From IMG/VR virus record IMGVR_UViG_3300023174_009220: a stretch of 64,000 nt of DNA. The stretch is one strand, 5' to 3'. This document shows, piece by piece, positions 1-8,926 of the stretch; the first letter of the stretch is position 1; the number at the start of each line of letters is the position of its first letter. This DNA is from an uncultured virus (IMG/VR IMGVR_UViG_3300023174_009220). Lineage: Duplodnaviria; Heunggongvirae; Uroviricota; Caudoviricetes. The position numbers were made by a program, and so were the translations under genes. The notes under the pieces were generated by a model. The model was not told the DNA's origin. It ran no database searches and was given only the letters and a program-made list of their open reading frames with translations.

Positions 1-220
1 GTGGATAAGAATCTATTGTAGCATCAAAAGCAAATGCTGATAGAGCAGGCACTGATATCTTTGTTAAAAAATCTCTACTAAAAGACTCTTCATCATTGAC
101 TCCACAACTTAAATAGCAATCGTAACCGCCTTCTAAGTCTGCTATTACATATCCACCATCAGAATTTTGACCTAATCTAATTTTTTTATCAAAATGATAG
201 GTCTGATAAAAGTATTCCAC
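1..220 (-). CDS. partial FkbM/Methyltransf_22-like SAM-dependent methyltransferase (runs off the window start)
   Basis: Manual translation from GTG at 220: EYFYQTYHFDKKIRLGQNSDGGYVIADLEGGYDCYLSCGVNDEESFSRDF...FAFDATID; the RLG-DGGY and S.G...E.SF motifs fit this family. Confidence 0.6.
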   Translation of the reverse strand, partial: MEYFYQTYHFDKKIRLGQNSDGGYVIADLEGGYDCYLSCGVNDEESFSRDFLTKISVPALSAFAFDATIDSYP

Positions 221-256
221 AAATATTATATGAGCATATAATAAATTTGATTAAAT

Positions 257-700
257 CTATTCAGGAAATGTTAGACGATTTTCTAAAGAATCAAGTGAGT
301 GAACCACTTTAGACTCGGCTAGACGTTTAAACTTTTTTCTACGCTTAGAGACTTCTCTTGTAAAAACCGAAGAACACCATTGTTCAACTTTTTGAGACAA
401 TCTAATGTCATATCCGACCACTGTATTAATGACTCGTAGATTAGAACTTTCTAAAAATAAATACACGGTGCCACTTGGTGAGTCCCACTCGGCATAAGCC
501 TCATGAGATTGTGGATTATACATCAAATTAGATTCTGGTTGATGCACAACTTTAGTCCAGATTCGAACTGCTTGTTCTTCACTTAAAGACATTTTTTTAG
601 GCCGTTTAGCTCGATAGTCCTGGTTAGAAAAGAATTTTGACGAGAAAACAAAAAGTCTTCTTCTAATGTTTGTGTAAGTTTGTTGTAGATTCACTGTCAT
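257..700 (-). CDS. hypothetical protein
   Basis: 147-aa ORF; TAAATTTG promoter box at 716-723 on the minus strand. Confidence 0.6.
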   Translation of the reverse strand: MTVNLQQTYTNIRRRLFVFSSKFFSNQDYRAKRPKKMSLSEEQAVRIWTKVVHQPESNLMYNPQSHEAYAEWDSPSGTVYLFLESSNLRVINTVVGYDIRLSQKVEQWCSSVFTREVSKRRKKFKRLAESKVVHSLDSLENRLTFPE

Positions 701-762
701 GTTTTTTAATTAAGACAAATTTAAGAACTTTTTTTCTAATATAAAAATTATAATGGACTTTT

Positions 763-999
763 TTACCCAAAAAGGTCATCTAGTTTGTGGTCTCTTAGCT
801 TAGTTACCACAAAACTGTAATCGACCATATATGTAGAGGTTTTATACTCTAAACCCGGCTTTTGTGTTTTATGGGAGTACATAATCTTAATCTTTTTTTC
901 TCTCTTAACAAATCCCACATACTTCCAACCTGAAGAAATCTTACCCTCCGCCTTTAAAAGGTCAAAATATAATTCTACATCTGCATGACTTACATCCAT
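763..999 (-). CDS. hypothetical protein with C-terminal RDxKL tag
   Basis: 78 aa ending KLRDHKLDDLFG; TATATTTG box at 1007-1014 (-). Confidence 0.65.
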   Translation of the reverse strand: MDVSHADVELYFDLLKAEGKISSGWKYVGFVKREKKIKIMYSHKTQKPGLEYKTSTYMVDYSFVVTKLRDHKLDDLFG

Positions 1000-1140
1000 A
1001 TCAATGCAAATATATTAAAAATTAGGTTTATAAAAAAACGATGTTAAATATCTCCTCTTATTTGCTAATTAGAACAACCTAAATGCTAATAAATATAGGC
1101 ACTTAGGGCAACTTCGCAATTTATTTATAATAAATAAAGT

Positions 1141-1227
1141 ATGAAAAAACTTGAAAATTATTTACCGATAGTAATAGCCTTAGCTTGGGTTGCACTTATC
1201 ACAATTTTAGCAATCACTGTTGCTTAA
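1141..1227 (+). CDS. 28-aa single-TM peptide (not in ORF track)
   Basis: MKKLENYLPIVIALAWVALITILAITVA*. Confidence 0.5.
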   Translation: MKKLENYLPIVIALAWVALITILAITVA

Positions 1228-1315
1228 GCAAACTTTAGCTGTTTGTTTTTAAGAACCAAAATATAGAAATATAAAAACGAATTCTTAAAGCAGACAATCT
1301 TAAATAGTAAATAAA

Positions 1316-1732
1316 ATGAAATTAATTATTCTACTCTTTTTCACGTCTTTTTCTCCAGTCACTTTTTCTCAAAATTTGATTATACAAGTAGATGAAACAC
1401 AACCCTTCTTTGGTGATAGTTCACAGACAATAGTTGAAATTCTTAATGGCACTTTTTTTGACAATTATTTACCTACAAATTGTAGATATTTTATAAACAC
1501 AACATTAAATTATTTAGACTTTTATAAAAACGACACCTTACAAGCAACTTATCCGATAAAAACTTCCAAAAACCAATCCTTTATTGAAATTGATATTATA
1601 AAACCCCCATTCAATGTAGGTCTCATCTTAAACTTAGAACCTCTTAACCAAATGTGTCTTTATTTTAATATACAACAGTCGTATGTTATTTATTATAAAT
1701 TTACCAAATACGAAATTGTAAAAACACAATAA
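1316..1732 (+). CDS. secreted hypothetical protein, paralog of 51665..52093
   Basis: Signal peptide ending FSQ; shares FSQxLII and GLIxxL motifs with 51665..52093. Confidence 0.65.
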   Translation: MKLIILLFFTSFSPVTFSQNLIIQVDETQPFFGDSSQTIVEILNGTFFDNYLPTNCRYFINTTLNYLDFYKNDTLQATYPIKTSKNQSFIEIDIIKPPFNVGLILNLEPLNQMCLYFNIQQSYVIYYKFTKYEIVKTQ

Positions 1733-1749
1733 GTGATTTTTCACATTAA

Positions 1750-1802
1750 ATACAAAATTCCGTTCATTTTTTTGTAAATGTTGACTTTTTTTCTTATCTT
1801 TG
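1750..1802 (+). promoter_or_regulatory. 28-bp palindromic box plus Bacteroidota -7 promoter element
   Basis: ATACAAAATTCCGTTCATTTTTTTGTAA at 1750-1777; TATCTTTG at 1795-1802. Confidence 0.55.
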
Positions 1803-1873
1803 TTTCAGAGTTCGAAAATCAAATTGACTAACATTTCTAAAGAGTGGGAGCAAGTAGACTCCACTCTGATCCT

Positions 1874-3823
1874 TTAATTAGACTTGTGGATAATATAATC
1901 TAATAAAGTAGGAAATTTTTGTATTTCTGATGTTCTTACCGAAATACTTCCACACTTCTCTACTAAGTCATCAACTTTTTTGTCATCAGGGGCTTTATTG
2001 GACGCACTCCCCTTTCTAATAAATTTATTTATCTCAGTCAAATTATTTAACTCAGTAAATTCTCCTAAATTTGATAAGATGCCTGGATTTGCTGATTCAA
2101 CTGACCAAACCATATTTCTCATCTTTGGATAATCATCTCTTAACTTCTTATAATTATAGTGACCAGTTGAACCTAATCTTTCATATTCAGATATTAACTC
2201 CTTATAAGTGACTATTCTAATATCACATACAGATCTATCAAATACAACTACTTCGCTTTCTAAGCAACTCCTAATATATTCTTCCTTTGTCACATTTTGG
2301 GGTAGGTTATCCGGAATCTTTCCATCTGGAGTATTCATATACCATTTATTCGCCATACCTCTTATCCCATGAGGAGTATATAATCTATTTTCATCTTTTA
2401 AACCCCCTTTAGATCCACCATCAGCTCCACCAGGGTTATCATCAACCCACTTTGTTCCTGGTTTAATTGATAACTCATATACTCTTTTTGTTATGTTTAT
2501 AGATAGTAATCCAGCTTCCCTTGTACCTAAAATAGTTTCCCAGTTATTAGCACCAGTCATTAATTTACAAGCATACATACCTCCCTGTTCTCTAAATAAG
2601 AAGTCTAAATCAGTTGGTGATATTTTCCCACCGTGGTAAACCTTATTACATCCTTCTTTTATTTTATATACTTCACGACCTTCAACATAATCTTCTGATG
2701 TAGTAAATCTTTCAGTTTCCCATGTTTTAGAATTATAGAAATCAAAGAACTCTCCAATACTCATATTACCATAGTTATCAAAGATATAATTTATTAGATT
2801 AAGAAAACTTTCCATTCTATTTGTTTGTAAATCACTATATTGTTTAATACTTGATAATAAATCAGAACTCATGTCACCAAACACTTCTCTAATTTTTGAT
2901 AGTTTATCTATTGACTTTCTAGCACTTTGTCTGTCTGAATTAATTTGTTTATAATAACTAAGCCATCTTTCTAATTCTTCTTTGATTAAATTAAGATTTT
3001 TTAACTCTGATATCTTCTCATTGAAATCTATCCTATCAATATAATCTTTACCAAGTGCTTCTTCAAATTCCTTTGGATTCTCTTTCGAATAATCAGTCGA
3101 CTTATAAGGCTTATTTTGAAAAGCTATAAATGATTTCATTAAACTACCAATTGAAATATCACCCAATTTACCATTACTGTCAATACCTTCAAAATCTTTT
3201 TTAGGTTCTCTATCTGATGGCATCCAAAAGATATCATCACTATCGTAATACTTTAATAAACTAGTTTCAGGTTCATTAGTCTCGCTTATCTTTTTAGCCT
3301 TTTGAAATTCTTCTTTTTCACCTATTTTAGATAAAGACTTTTTTAATATACTTTTAGCTATATCCTCTTTTGATAATTGTAGCCTCTCCCGAATATTATC
3401 AATTTCGTATTTTGAACTATAAAATTTTATCTGAAACTGAGAATCATCCATTTCTTCTATTTCACTAAAGTCTGGTTTGCCCGCAATATAATCCTGTAAT
3501 ATTTTAATAAACTCTGGCTTTTCTTTTTTATAGATATTAAGTGAGTTAGCCATCTCTTCTTTCCAAGAACCAGATTCTACAAATTTGTTAAAGTTATCTA
3601 ATACTTCCTTTACTAATTTGTCATCAGTTTCTCTTAAAGTAAAGTAAGGAATATCTGATATCTTCGGAGGTGTAATTAAATCTTTGAATTGCTCAATTGA
3701 TTTAGTAACTTTTTCAATTCTTTCTTTATTCTTGCCGGTAATATTTCTCCAAAACTTATTCAAAAACTCTTCTTTGATAGGTCGAGAGTCTCTAAATGAT
3801 TGATATGATTTGATTCGTTTCAT
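1874..3823 (-). CDS. leader-tagged protein with putative HYE-type ADP-ribosyltransferase domain
   Basis: N-term MKRIKSYQSF...IKEE; KVYHGG...GGMYAC...VYELSI...ESEVVVFD; AATATATA just upstream. Confidence 0.5.
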   Translation of the reverse strand: MKRIKSYQSFRDSRPIKEEFLNKFWRNITGKNKERIEKVTKSIEQFKDLITPPKISDIPYFTLRETDDKLVKEVLDNFNKFVESGSWKEEMANSLNIYKKEKPEFIKILQDYIAGKPDFSEIEEMDDSQFQIKFYSSKYEIDNIRERLQLSKEDIAKSILKKSLSKIGEKEEFQKAKKISETNEPETSLLKYYDSDDIFWMPSDREPKKDFEGIDSNGKLGDISIGSLMKSFIAFQNKPYKSTDYSKENPKEFEEALGKDYIDRIDFNEKISELKNLNLIKEELERWLSYYKQINSDRQSARKSIDKLSKIREVFGDMSSDLLSSIKQYSDLQTNRMESFLNLINYIFDNYGNMSIGEFFDFYNSKTWETERFTTSEDYVEGREVYKIKEGCNKVYHGGKISPTDLDFLFREQGGMYACKLMTGANNWETILGTREAGLLSINITKRVYELSIKPGTKWVDDNPGGADGGSKGGLKDENRLYTPHGIRGMANKWYMNTPDGKIPDNLPQNVTKEEYIRSCLESEVVVFDRSVCDIRIVTYKELISEYERLGSTGHYNYKKLRDDYPKMRNMVWSVESANPGILSNLGEFTELNNLTEINKFIRKGSASNKAPDDKKVDDLVEKCGSISVRTSEIQKFPTLLDYIIHKSN

Positions 3824-4001
3824 TGGAGTATATATTATATATTATATTTTTCAAATTTGGTAAAGAAGTGGATAGACAAGTTGGAGTTCTTCAAAAATCT
3901 AAACTGTATGAAAAAATTGAAGATGTTTACTCTAAGAATTAATTAAATACAAAAATAAGTGCAGAATTTTGTATATATAAACCCCATCAAATTTTAATAG
4001 A

Positions 4002-4178
4002 GTATCTGGGATTGCAATTCGGGAGTCGCTGACCACCGAATTGCGGATACACTCACAACTATTCTCTTCTCCAACGCCTTCAAATCTTTCATTTCCCCCA
4101 CTTGTTACTGGGTAAAATCCAGGTGATTATATACCTGATACAAGAATACTGAGGTCAGGGGGTTGTCTCATAACCCAC
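4002..4178. ncRNA. candidate structured non-coding element
   Basis: GC-richer intergenic; stem GCAATTCGG(4014-4022)/CCGAATTGC(4036-4044) extended by GTATC/GATAC; further stems CTTGT/ACAAG, CAGGT/ACCTG, GGGTT/AACCC. Confidence 0.3.
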
Positions 4179-4183
4179 TTTCT

Positions 4184-4235
4184 ATACAAAAATCCGTTCA
4201 GAATTTTGTATATTCCAACAAATTCCTTATCTTTG
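4184..4235 (+). promoter_or_regulatory. Bacteroidota-type promoter overlapped by a 28-bp palindromic box
   Basis: TTTG at 4205-4208 lies inside box 4184-4211; TATCTTTG at 4228-4235, 19-nt spacing. Confidence 0.65.
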
Positions 4236-4240
4236 TCTTA

Positions 4241-4708
4241 ATGATAAAAACCACTAACACTATTCCCTACATACCAACGGCTTTAGCCATTAAAGGCTAT
4301 TCTGATTCTAAACTGGCACAATCTGAAAGAGGAGACTGTGTTGTAAGAGCCATTGCCTCAGCTTATGACATGGCGTATGATAAAGCCCATGGCTGGGTAG
4401 CAGACACGTTTGCAAGAAAACCAAAAAGAGGAACGTGGGGTTTTCCAACTGGTATGAATACAATGTCTGATAATAAGACCAGACTAAACTACAAAATGAC
4501 TAAGACTATCGATTCTGCAACTCTAACAACTAGAGGTGGTAGGTCTAAAATGACAGTAGGAACCTTTGCTAAACTTTATAATAGAGGAACATATATCATC
4601 CGTGTCACTCACCACGTTTTCACTATTAAAGATGGCCAAGTTATTGGAAATTCAAATGATGCTACACAACTAAGAAAAGTGATTAAAAATGCCTGGAAAA
4701 TTGGATAG
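4241..4708 (+). CDS. phage hypothetical protein with DCVVRAI motif; start reassigned to ATG 4241
   Basis: GDCVVRAIA...GTYIIRVTHHVF; the promoter at 4228-4235 lies inside the track's longer ORF. Confidence 0.65.
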   Translation: MIKTTNTIPYIPTALAIKGYSDSKLAQSERGDCVVRAIASAYDMAYDKAHGWVADTFARKPKRGTWGFPTGMNTMSDNKTRLNYKMTKTIDSATLTTRGGRSKMTVGTFAKLYNRGTYIIRVTHHVFTIKDGQVIGNSNDATQLRKVIKNAWKIG

Positions 4709-4710
4709 AT

Positions 4711-4950
4711 ATGAAACCAGATTTAAAGGGGCTACCAGGTGGACTCCAACTTGGAGGTATTGAGATGAGGTGTATTAGCACATTTTCAAAAGTAGGAAAG
4801 ATTGAAAGAATCACTTTAGGCCGTGACTACTCCGTAAAGTTTATTTTAAGGGATAAAGTCTTAATCACAAATGATATTGCAAAACCACATTTTGTAGATA
4901 GAATCAATTTTGTCCCAAAAACTTGGGTAGATGAGATATCTAAGAGGTGA
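4711..4950 (+). CDS. hypothetical protein
   Basis: 79-aa ORF 2 nt after the previous stop. Confidence 0.55.
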   Translation: MKPDLKGLPGGLQLGGIEMRCISTFSKVGKIERITLGRDYSVKFILRDKVLITNDIAKPHFVDRINFVPKTWVDEISKR

Positions 4951-4951
4951 T

Positions 4952-5137
4952 TCACTCTCCTTTGACTTCAACAAACTTTTTTATAATTAACTCTAATAAT
5001 TTTGACCGGTCATACCCGTTTTTATCACAGTAGTTCATAAATTTATCATGAACCCCAGAATCGATAGAGGCCCATATTCTCTTTTTTTTCTGTAATTGCA
5101 CTTTTTCAGATTTAGCGTCACCAAATTCATCTTCCAT
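4952..5137 (-). CDS. ribbon-helix-helix (Arc/CopG-like) DNA-binding protein
   Basis: KRIWASIDSGVHDKFMNYCDKNGYDRSKLLELIIKKF: beta strand, helix, G-x-x-RS-x-L helix. Confidence 0.7.
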   Translation of the reverse strand: MEDEFGDAKSEKVQLQKKKRIWASIDSGVHDKFMNYCDKNGYDRSKLLELIIKKFVEVKGE

Positions 5138-5253
5138 AAATCTATATATAAAAAGACTTAGTGTTTCTATTAGTGTGTAGTTGTTAAATGTTGTTAGGAC
5201 TAAACTGATGGATCTGATGGTTTGTTAGATATCGATAGACCAAACTAATAAAC

Positions 5254-5398
5254 CTACAAAAAAAAGACCGTATTTCTGTATAAAATACAAATATCCGTTC
5301 AGAATTTTGTATCAAACCCCAATTACCATACAAAAATTTGACCCAAAATTTGTATATCAGAGAAATTAAAATACAAAGAACAGTCTGATTTCTTGTAT
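5254..5398. repeat. cluster of four 28-bp palindromic ATACAAA-N14-TTTGTAT-type boxes
   Basis: Boxes at 5254-5281, 5285-5312, 5328-5355, 5371-5398; further copies at 1750, 3947, 4184. Confidence 0.8.
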
Positions 5399-5444
5399 CC
5401 ATCCCCAAAACAACTTTCTTACAAAAAAAGATATACCCTAAGAA

Positions 5445-5654
5445 ATGAAATTTGACCCAAAAAAGATCCAATTTATCGTAGACTCCGTTTACTATGATGG
5501 AATAGATGTAGGACTAACTCGCCAGATGATTCTTGACTGGACCGTTCAAACCGGAGAAGACTCCTACGCCATTATACACTACTACTATAAAAAAAAGATA
5601 TCAGAAATAAGAGATAAAAAATTAGAAGAACTTATACACAAAAAAGAGTCCTAA
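5445..5654 (+). CDS. hypothetical protein with C-terminal RDKKL tag
   Basis: 69 aa ending SEIRDKKLEELIHKKES. Confidence 0.6.
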   Translation: MKFDPKKIQFIVDSVYYDGIDVGLTRQMILDWTVQTGEDSYAIIHYYYKKKISEIRDKKLEELIHKKES

Positions 5655-5658
5655 TAGG

Positions 5659-5908
5659 GACTTCGCGACTAGTGGCATCTAATACCTTTTAATAGGATTT
5701 TAATCTGGACAGACTTCTCGACTAGTGGCATCTAATACCTTTTAATGGCCATTTTAATAGGATTTTAATGGCCATTTTAATACCACACCACCAATGACCC
5801 TTCGCGACTGGTGGCATCTAATACCTCTATTCTCCATTTAATCCTATCAAACCCCATCCTATCCCCTTTAACCAAATTGAGACTTCGCGACTGGTGGTAT
5901 CACACCCT
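5659..5908. repeat. four dispersed ~29-bp direct repeats (GACTTCGCGACTRGTGGCATCTAATACCT)
   Basis: Copies at about 5659, 5712, 5798, 5881 (last one degenerate at its 3' end). Confidence 0.85.
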
Positions 5909-5980
5909 ATTAGAACTCATTAGAACTCATTAGAACTCATTAGAACTCATTAGAACTCATTAGACACTATTAGACCCTAT
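5909..5980. repeat. 10-bp tandem repeat ATTAGAACTC
   Basis: Five perfect copies followed by two degenerate copies. Confidence 0.9.
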
Positions 5981-6398
5981 TTGACACCTTTTGATTTCAT
6001 AAGTATTAGACATTCACACTAAGTCATATCTTTTTTATTAGTTTTTATTAGTTAGATTTATTCACCCTAACTTAGACAAGAATCAGCCCAAGTCAGATTT
6101 AAGGAGTCTGAGACCACTCTGAAAGAGAATCTATTTTTTGGTGTGCCGGAACCTGTGTAAATCTACTTACAATCACCCACCTATTAGAAAAGGAAACGAA
6201 GTTTTACCTATCTACTCCTATGTGGTCGGTTAGCCGGTTTGGTGGGTTGTATAATAGAGTTTATTACCCTCTCTCTATGTAGTTTCTTATTACTACTAAT
6301 AGCCCTTTTAATGACTTCTAACAGTTCCAATTTAATCTCCTTAGTCATAACACTTATTATAGTATTTAAGGGTTTTAGAGTTGATTTATTTAGTTGTA

Positions 6399-6526
6399 GT
6401 GGAAATTTTTGGGGCGCGGCGTCTAGACTAGATTACATTTAGGGGATTGGAAAAATTTCGCAGGCGAGTATTAAAAACACAATCACATTATAGAGAAGTG
6501 ATTTAGGCGTGGAAATTTTTGGGGCG
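6399..6526. repeat. 18-bp direct repeat GTGGAAATTTTTGGGGCG
   Basis: Copies at 6399-6416 and 6509-6526; related AAAATTTC..GGCG motifs near 6450 and 6540. Confidence 0.8.
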
Positions 6527-6709
6527 AGAAAAATCAAAAAAAATTTCAGGCGAAACTCACAATAAGTCTAAAGAGATAAAAAGAGATAAAAAAGAAATAA
6601 AAAAGAGATAAAAAGAAAATAAGTAAGGTAAAAAGGGGTGTAATCAACGATAGTCGTGAAATCACAATAAGTCAGTGGTCTCAGATAGCATAAGAAAGGT
6701 GAAGGGGTC

Positions 6710-7009
6710 TTATCTATCTAAGGAGTGATCTATAAGGATATAAGGGCTTTTGATAACTACTCTCGAGCCGTCAGAGTTTCTATACCCACAAGAATCTTCT
6801 TGGATATAATCTAAAGTATCAGTATACCAAATAGCTGGCCTTTTTTTACCCAACACAGTGACTTCTCCTTTAATCTGATATGTCCATTTTTTTTCTTTTT
6901 TATAATCTGTTTTATAGGATGTCATAAAATAAATTAAGGAGGTGACAATAAAACTGGCTACACAAAGTAGCATAATTAAGGTTTGAATTTTTGTTTTTTC
7001 TGGGTTCAT
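6710..7009 (-). CDS. membrane-anchored hypothetical protein
   Basis: 99 aa with N-terminal hydrophobic helix. Confidence 0.6.
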   Translation of the reverse strand: MNPEKTKIQTLIMLLCVASFIVTSLIYFMTSYKTDYKKEKKWTYQIKGEVTVLGKKRPAIWYTDTLDYIQEDSCGYRNSDGSRVVIKSPYILIDHSLDR

Positions 7010-7026
7010 ATTTTTTCTTTTTCTTT

Positions 7027-7407
7027 TTATTTACTACTAAGGGGTCTTTCTTTGTCATGGATTTTTTTTGTGAAACCAGAAAAAAGTGCTGGGTTTCCTA
7101 ACCACTGGGTAAAGGGTCTTAAATCTGATTTTATCACAGTTAGTGGTTCTATTTTACAACCAGTTGCTACGGTGACACCTTCTGAAATAATAGCCATAGG
7201 ACCGATAGAAACATCTTGTTCAATAGTGACGGCCCTTTCTATAAGGCAGTGTGATCCAATTTTTACCTGTTGACTAATTTTACAACCCTGTCTAATAATT
7301 GAAAATTCTCCAATTTCTACGCCATCACCGATTTCGACTCCATCTTCTATAATGACCCAGTTTCCAATTTTGTATTGACCTAAATATTTTACTTTTGTTG
7401 AAATCAT
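7027..7407 (-). CDS. hexapeptide-repeat (left-handed beta-helix) protein
   Basis: IGNWVIIEDGVEIGDGVEIGEFSII...WLGNPA. Confidence 0.85.
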   Translation of the reverse strand: MISTKVKYLGQYKIGNWVIIEDGVEIGDGVEIGEFSIIRQGCKISQQVKIGSHCLIERAVTIEQDVSIGPMAIISEGVTVATGCKIEPLTVIKSDLRPFTQWLGNPALFSGFTKKIHDKERPLSSK

Positions 7408-7475
7408 AACACAAAATTATATCTACTGTTGTAAAAAAGTTTTCGTTTTTTTTAGATAATTAAAGCAAAATTCCT

Positions 7476-7483
7476 TATCTTTG
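7476..7483 (+). promoter_or_regulatory. Bacteroidota -7 promoter element
   Basis: TATCTTTG in AAATTCCTTATCTTTGTCTTAA, same context as at 4220. Confidence 0.65.
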
Positions 7484-7500
7484 TCTTAAATAAAAACAGC

Positions 7501-8190
7501 ATGATAGTAGAAAATCCCGACATTAACTCCAGATTTGAATTCTTAAACCAACTTGCTAAAATGGTGATTTGGAGAGTGACTCCTTCGCTTATTATTACCG
7601 GTGAAGGTGGTCTTGGTAAATCTTACTCGGTCACCGAGGCTATCAATCAGTGTGAATTGTTTGACAACGAGTGGGTTGTTATTAAGGGTTATTCTACTGC
7701 TCGTGGGTTATATAACACGCTTTATGATAATCGCGATAAAATTGTTGTCTTCGATGATTGTGATTCGATTTTAGAAGACCGTGTGGCCATTAATATCTTA
7801 AAGTCAGCGCTTGATTCATATGAAATGAGAACTATCTCGTGGCAGTCTCGTATGAACCGTGGTGATGAGTATCCAAGTCAGTTTAATTTCTCTGGCGGGG
7901 TTATTTTTATTTCAAATAAAAAGATGTCTTCTATCGATGGGGCTATTTTAAGTCGTAGTTTAACAGTCGATTTATCGATGACTAGAGAAGAAAAGATTTC
8001 AAGAATGAATCGTATTTTGCCCAAAATTCTACCTGAATACTCGAATGATATCAAATTAGAGGCGCTCCGGTTTTTAGAGACTTTAGAAGTGACTACTAAT
8101 TTGAATTTACGAAGTTTAATTATTACCGCTAAACTAAGGGCCACTTATCCTGATAACTGGAAGAGTTTAGCTGGATATATGGTGAATTAA
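7501..8190 (+). CDS. AAA+-like P-loop ATPase
   Basis: Walker A GEGGLGKS, Walker B IVVFDDCD, FISN, ILSRS. Confidence 0.8.
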   Translation: MIVENPDINSRFEFLNQLAKMVIWRVTPSLIITGEGGLGKSYSVTEAINQCELFDNEWVVIKGYSTARGLYNTLYDNRDKIVVFDDCDSILEDRVAINILKSALDSYEMRTISWQSRMNRGDEYPSQFNFSGGVIFISNKKMSSIDGAILSRSLTVDLSMTREEKISRMNRILPKILPEYSNDIKLEALRFLETLEVTTNLNLRSLIITAKLRATYPDNWKSLAGYMVN

Positions 8191-8264
8191 TCAAAAATAA
8201 TTTTACCTTAAAACTCAAAAAAAGATTATCTAATTTTTATATATAAAAATAAATTCAGATTAAT

Positions 8265-8639
8265 ATGAGGTATATAAAATTATTTGAAGAATTCGAAACT
8301 TCACTAGACAGTTATTACATAGTCTTAAAAACGCCAATTGAAGACTGGGAAAAATCTGGGACTATAGACAACATTGAGGAACTAAAAGGCTCAAGAATTT
8401 ATTCAATTGGAGGTAAATTGATAACATCATTTAAAGACGAAAGCAGTCAAATTGATGAAGGTAAATTTAAACTAAAAGGAGAAGCTTTGAGTTATGCTGA
8501 ACGGTTACAAGAAAATGACCCGACTTATGTCTATTTAATTTTTGACGAAAAAGGAAAAGGACTTATGAATACAAAAGTCAAATTAGGTTTGTTAAGTAGA
8601 TTAGCTTTAGGTTTTAGTAAGGGATATAAAAGAGGTTAA
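8265..8639 (+). CDS. leader-tagged hypothetical protein
   Basis: MRYIKLFEEFE; TATATATA upstream. Confidence 0.65.
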   Translation: MRYIKLFEEFETSLDSYYIVLKTPIEDWEKSGTIDNIEELKGSRIYSIGGKLITSFKDESSQIDEGKFKLKGEALSYAERLQENDPTYVYLIFDEKGKGLMNTKVKLGLLSRLALGFSKGYKRG

Positions 8640-8863
8640 CTCTTAGATTCCTCTAAAACGGTATCTAAGTTACGGCCTCTTTTAGTCACTATTTTTTCTG
8701 CTAAGTGTTTTAGACAGACATCCATTGGGTCATAGCAAACATCTGAAATAGAAACTATAAACCTCTCGCAATCCACTACATCTACCAGGTGAAATTCCCA
8801 GATTTGCCAACTTTTATCTAATTTTTCTAACTTAAATCTATTGAGTAGCGGGGATTTTTTCAT
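8636..8863 (-). CDS. hypothetical protein with C-terminal tag variant
   Basis: ends KRGRNLDTVLEESKS. Confidence 0.5.
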   Translation of the reverse strand: MKKSPLLNRFKLEKLDKSWQIWEFHLVDVVDCERFIVSISDVCYDPMDVCLKHLAEKIVTKRGRNLDTVLEESKS

Positions 8864-8926
8864 TTCTTTTTCAAATACTTGACAAACGAGGTCTACTAAA
8901 TTAGTAGGTTTTGTTACAAAAGAAGT

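Noticed and set aside
5254..5398. dif/Xer recombination sites (also 28 bp)
   Set aside because: No resemblance to XerC/XerD arms and no recombinase in the window
5184..5471. ORF-track 95-aa minus ORF
   Set aside because: Runs across the palindromic box cluster; not protein-like
5659..5908. CRISPR mini-array
   Set aside because: Spacers are irregular (about 24, 57, 54 nt) and partly built from reiterated TTTTAAT motifs; no cas genes nearby
6239..6442. ORF-track 67-aa ORF
   Set aside because: TTG start in a compositionally skewed non-coding region; no support
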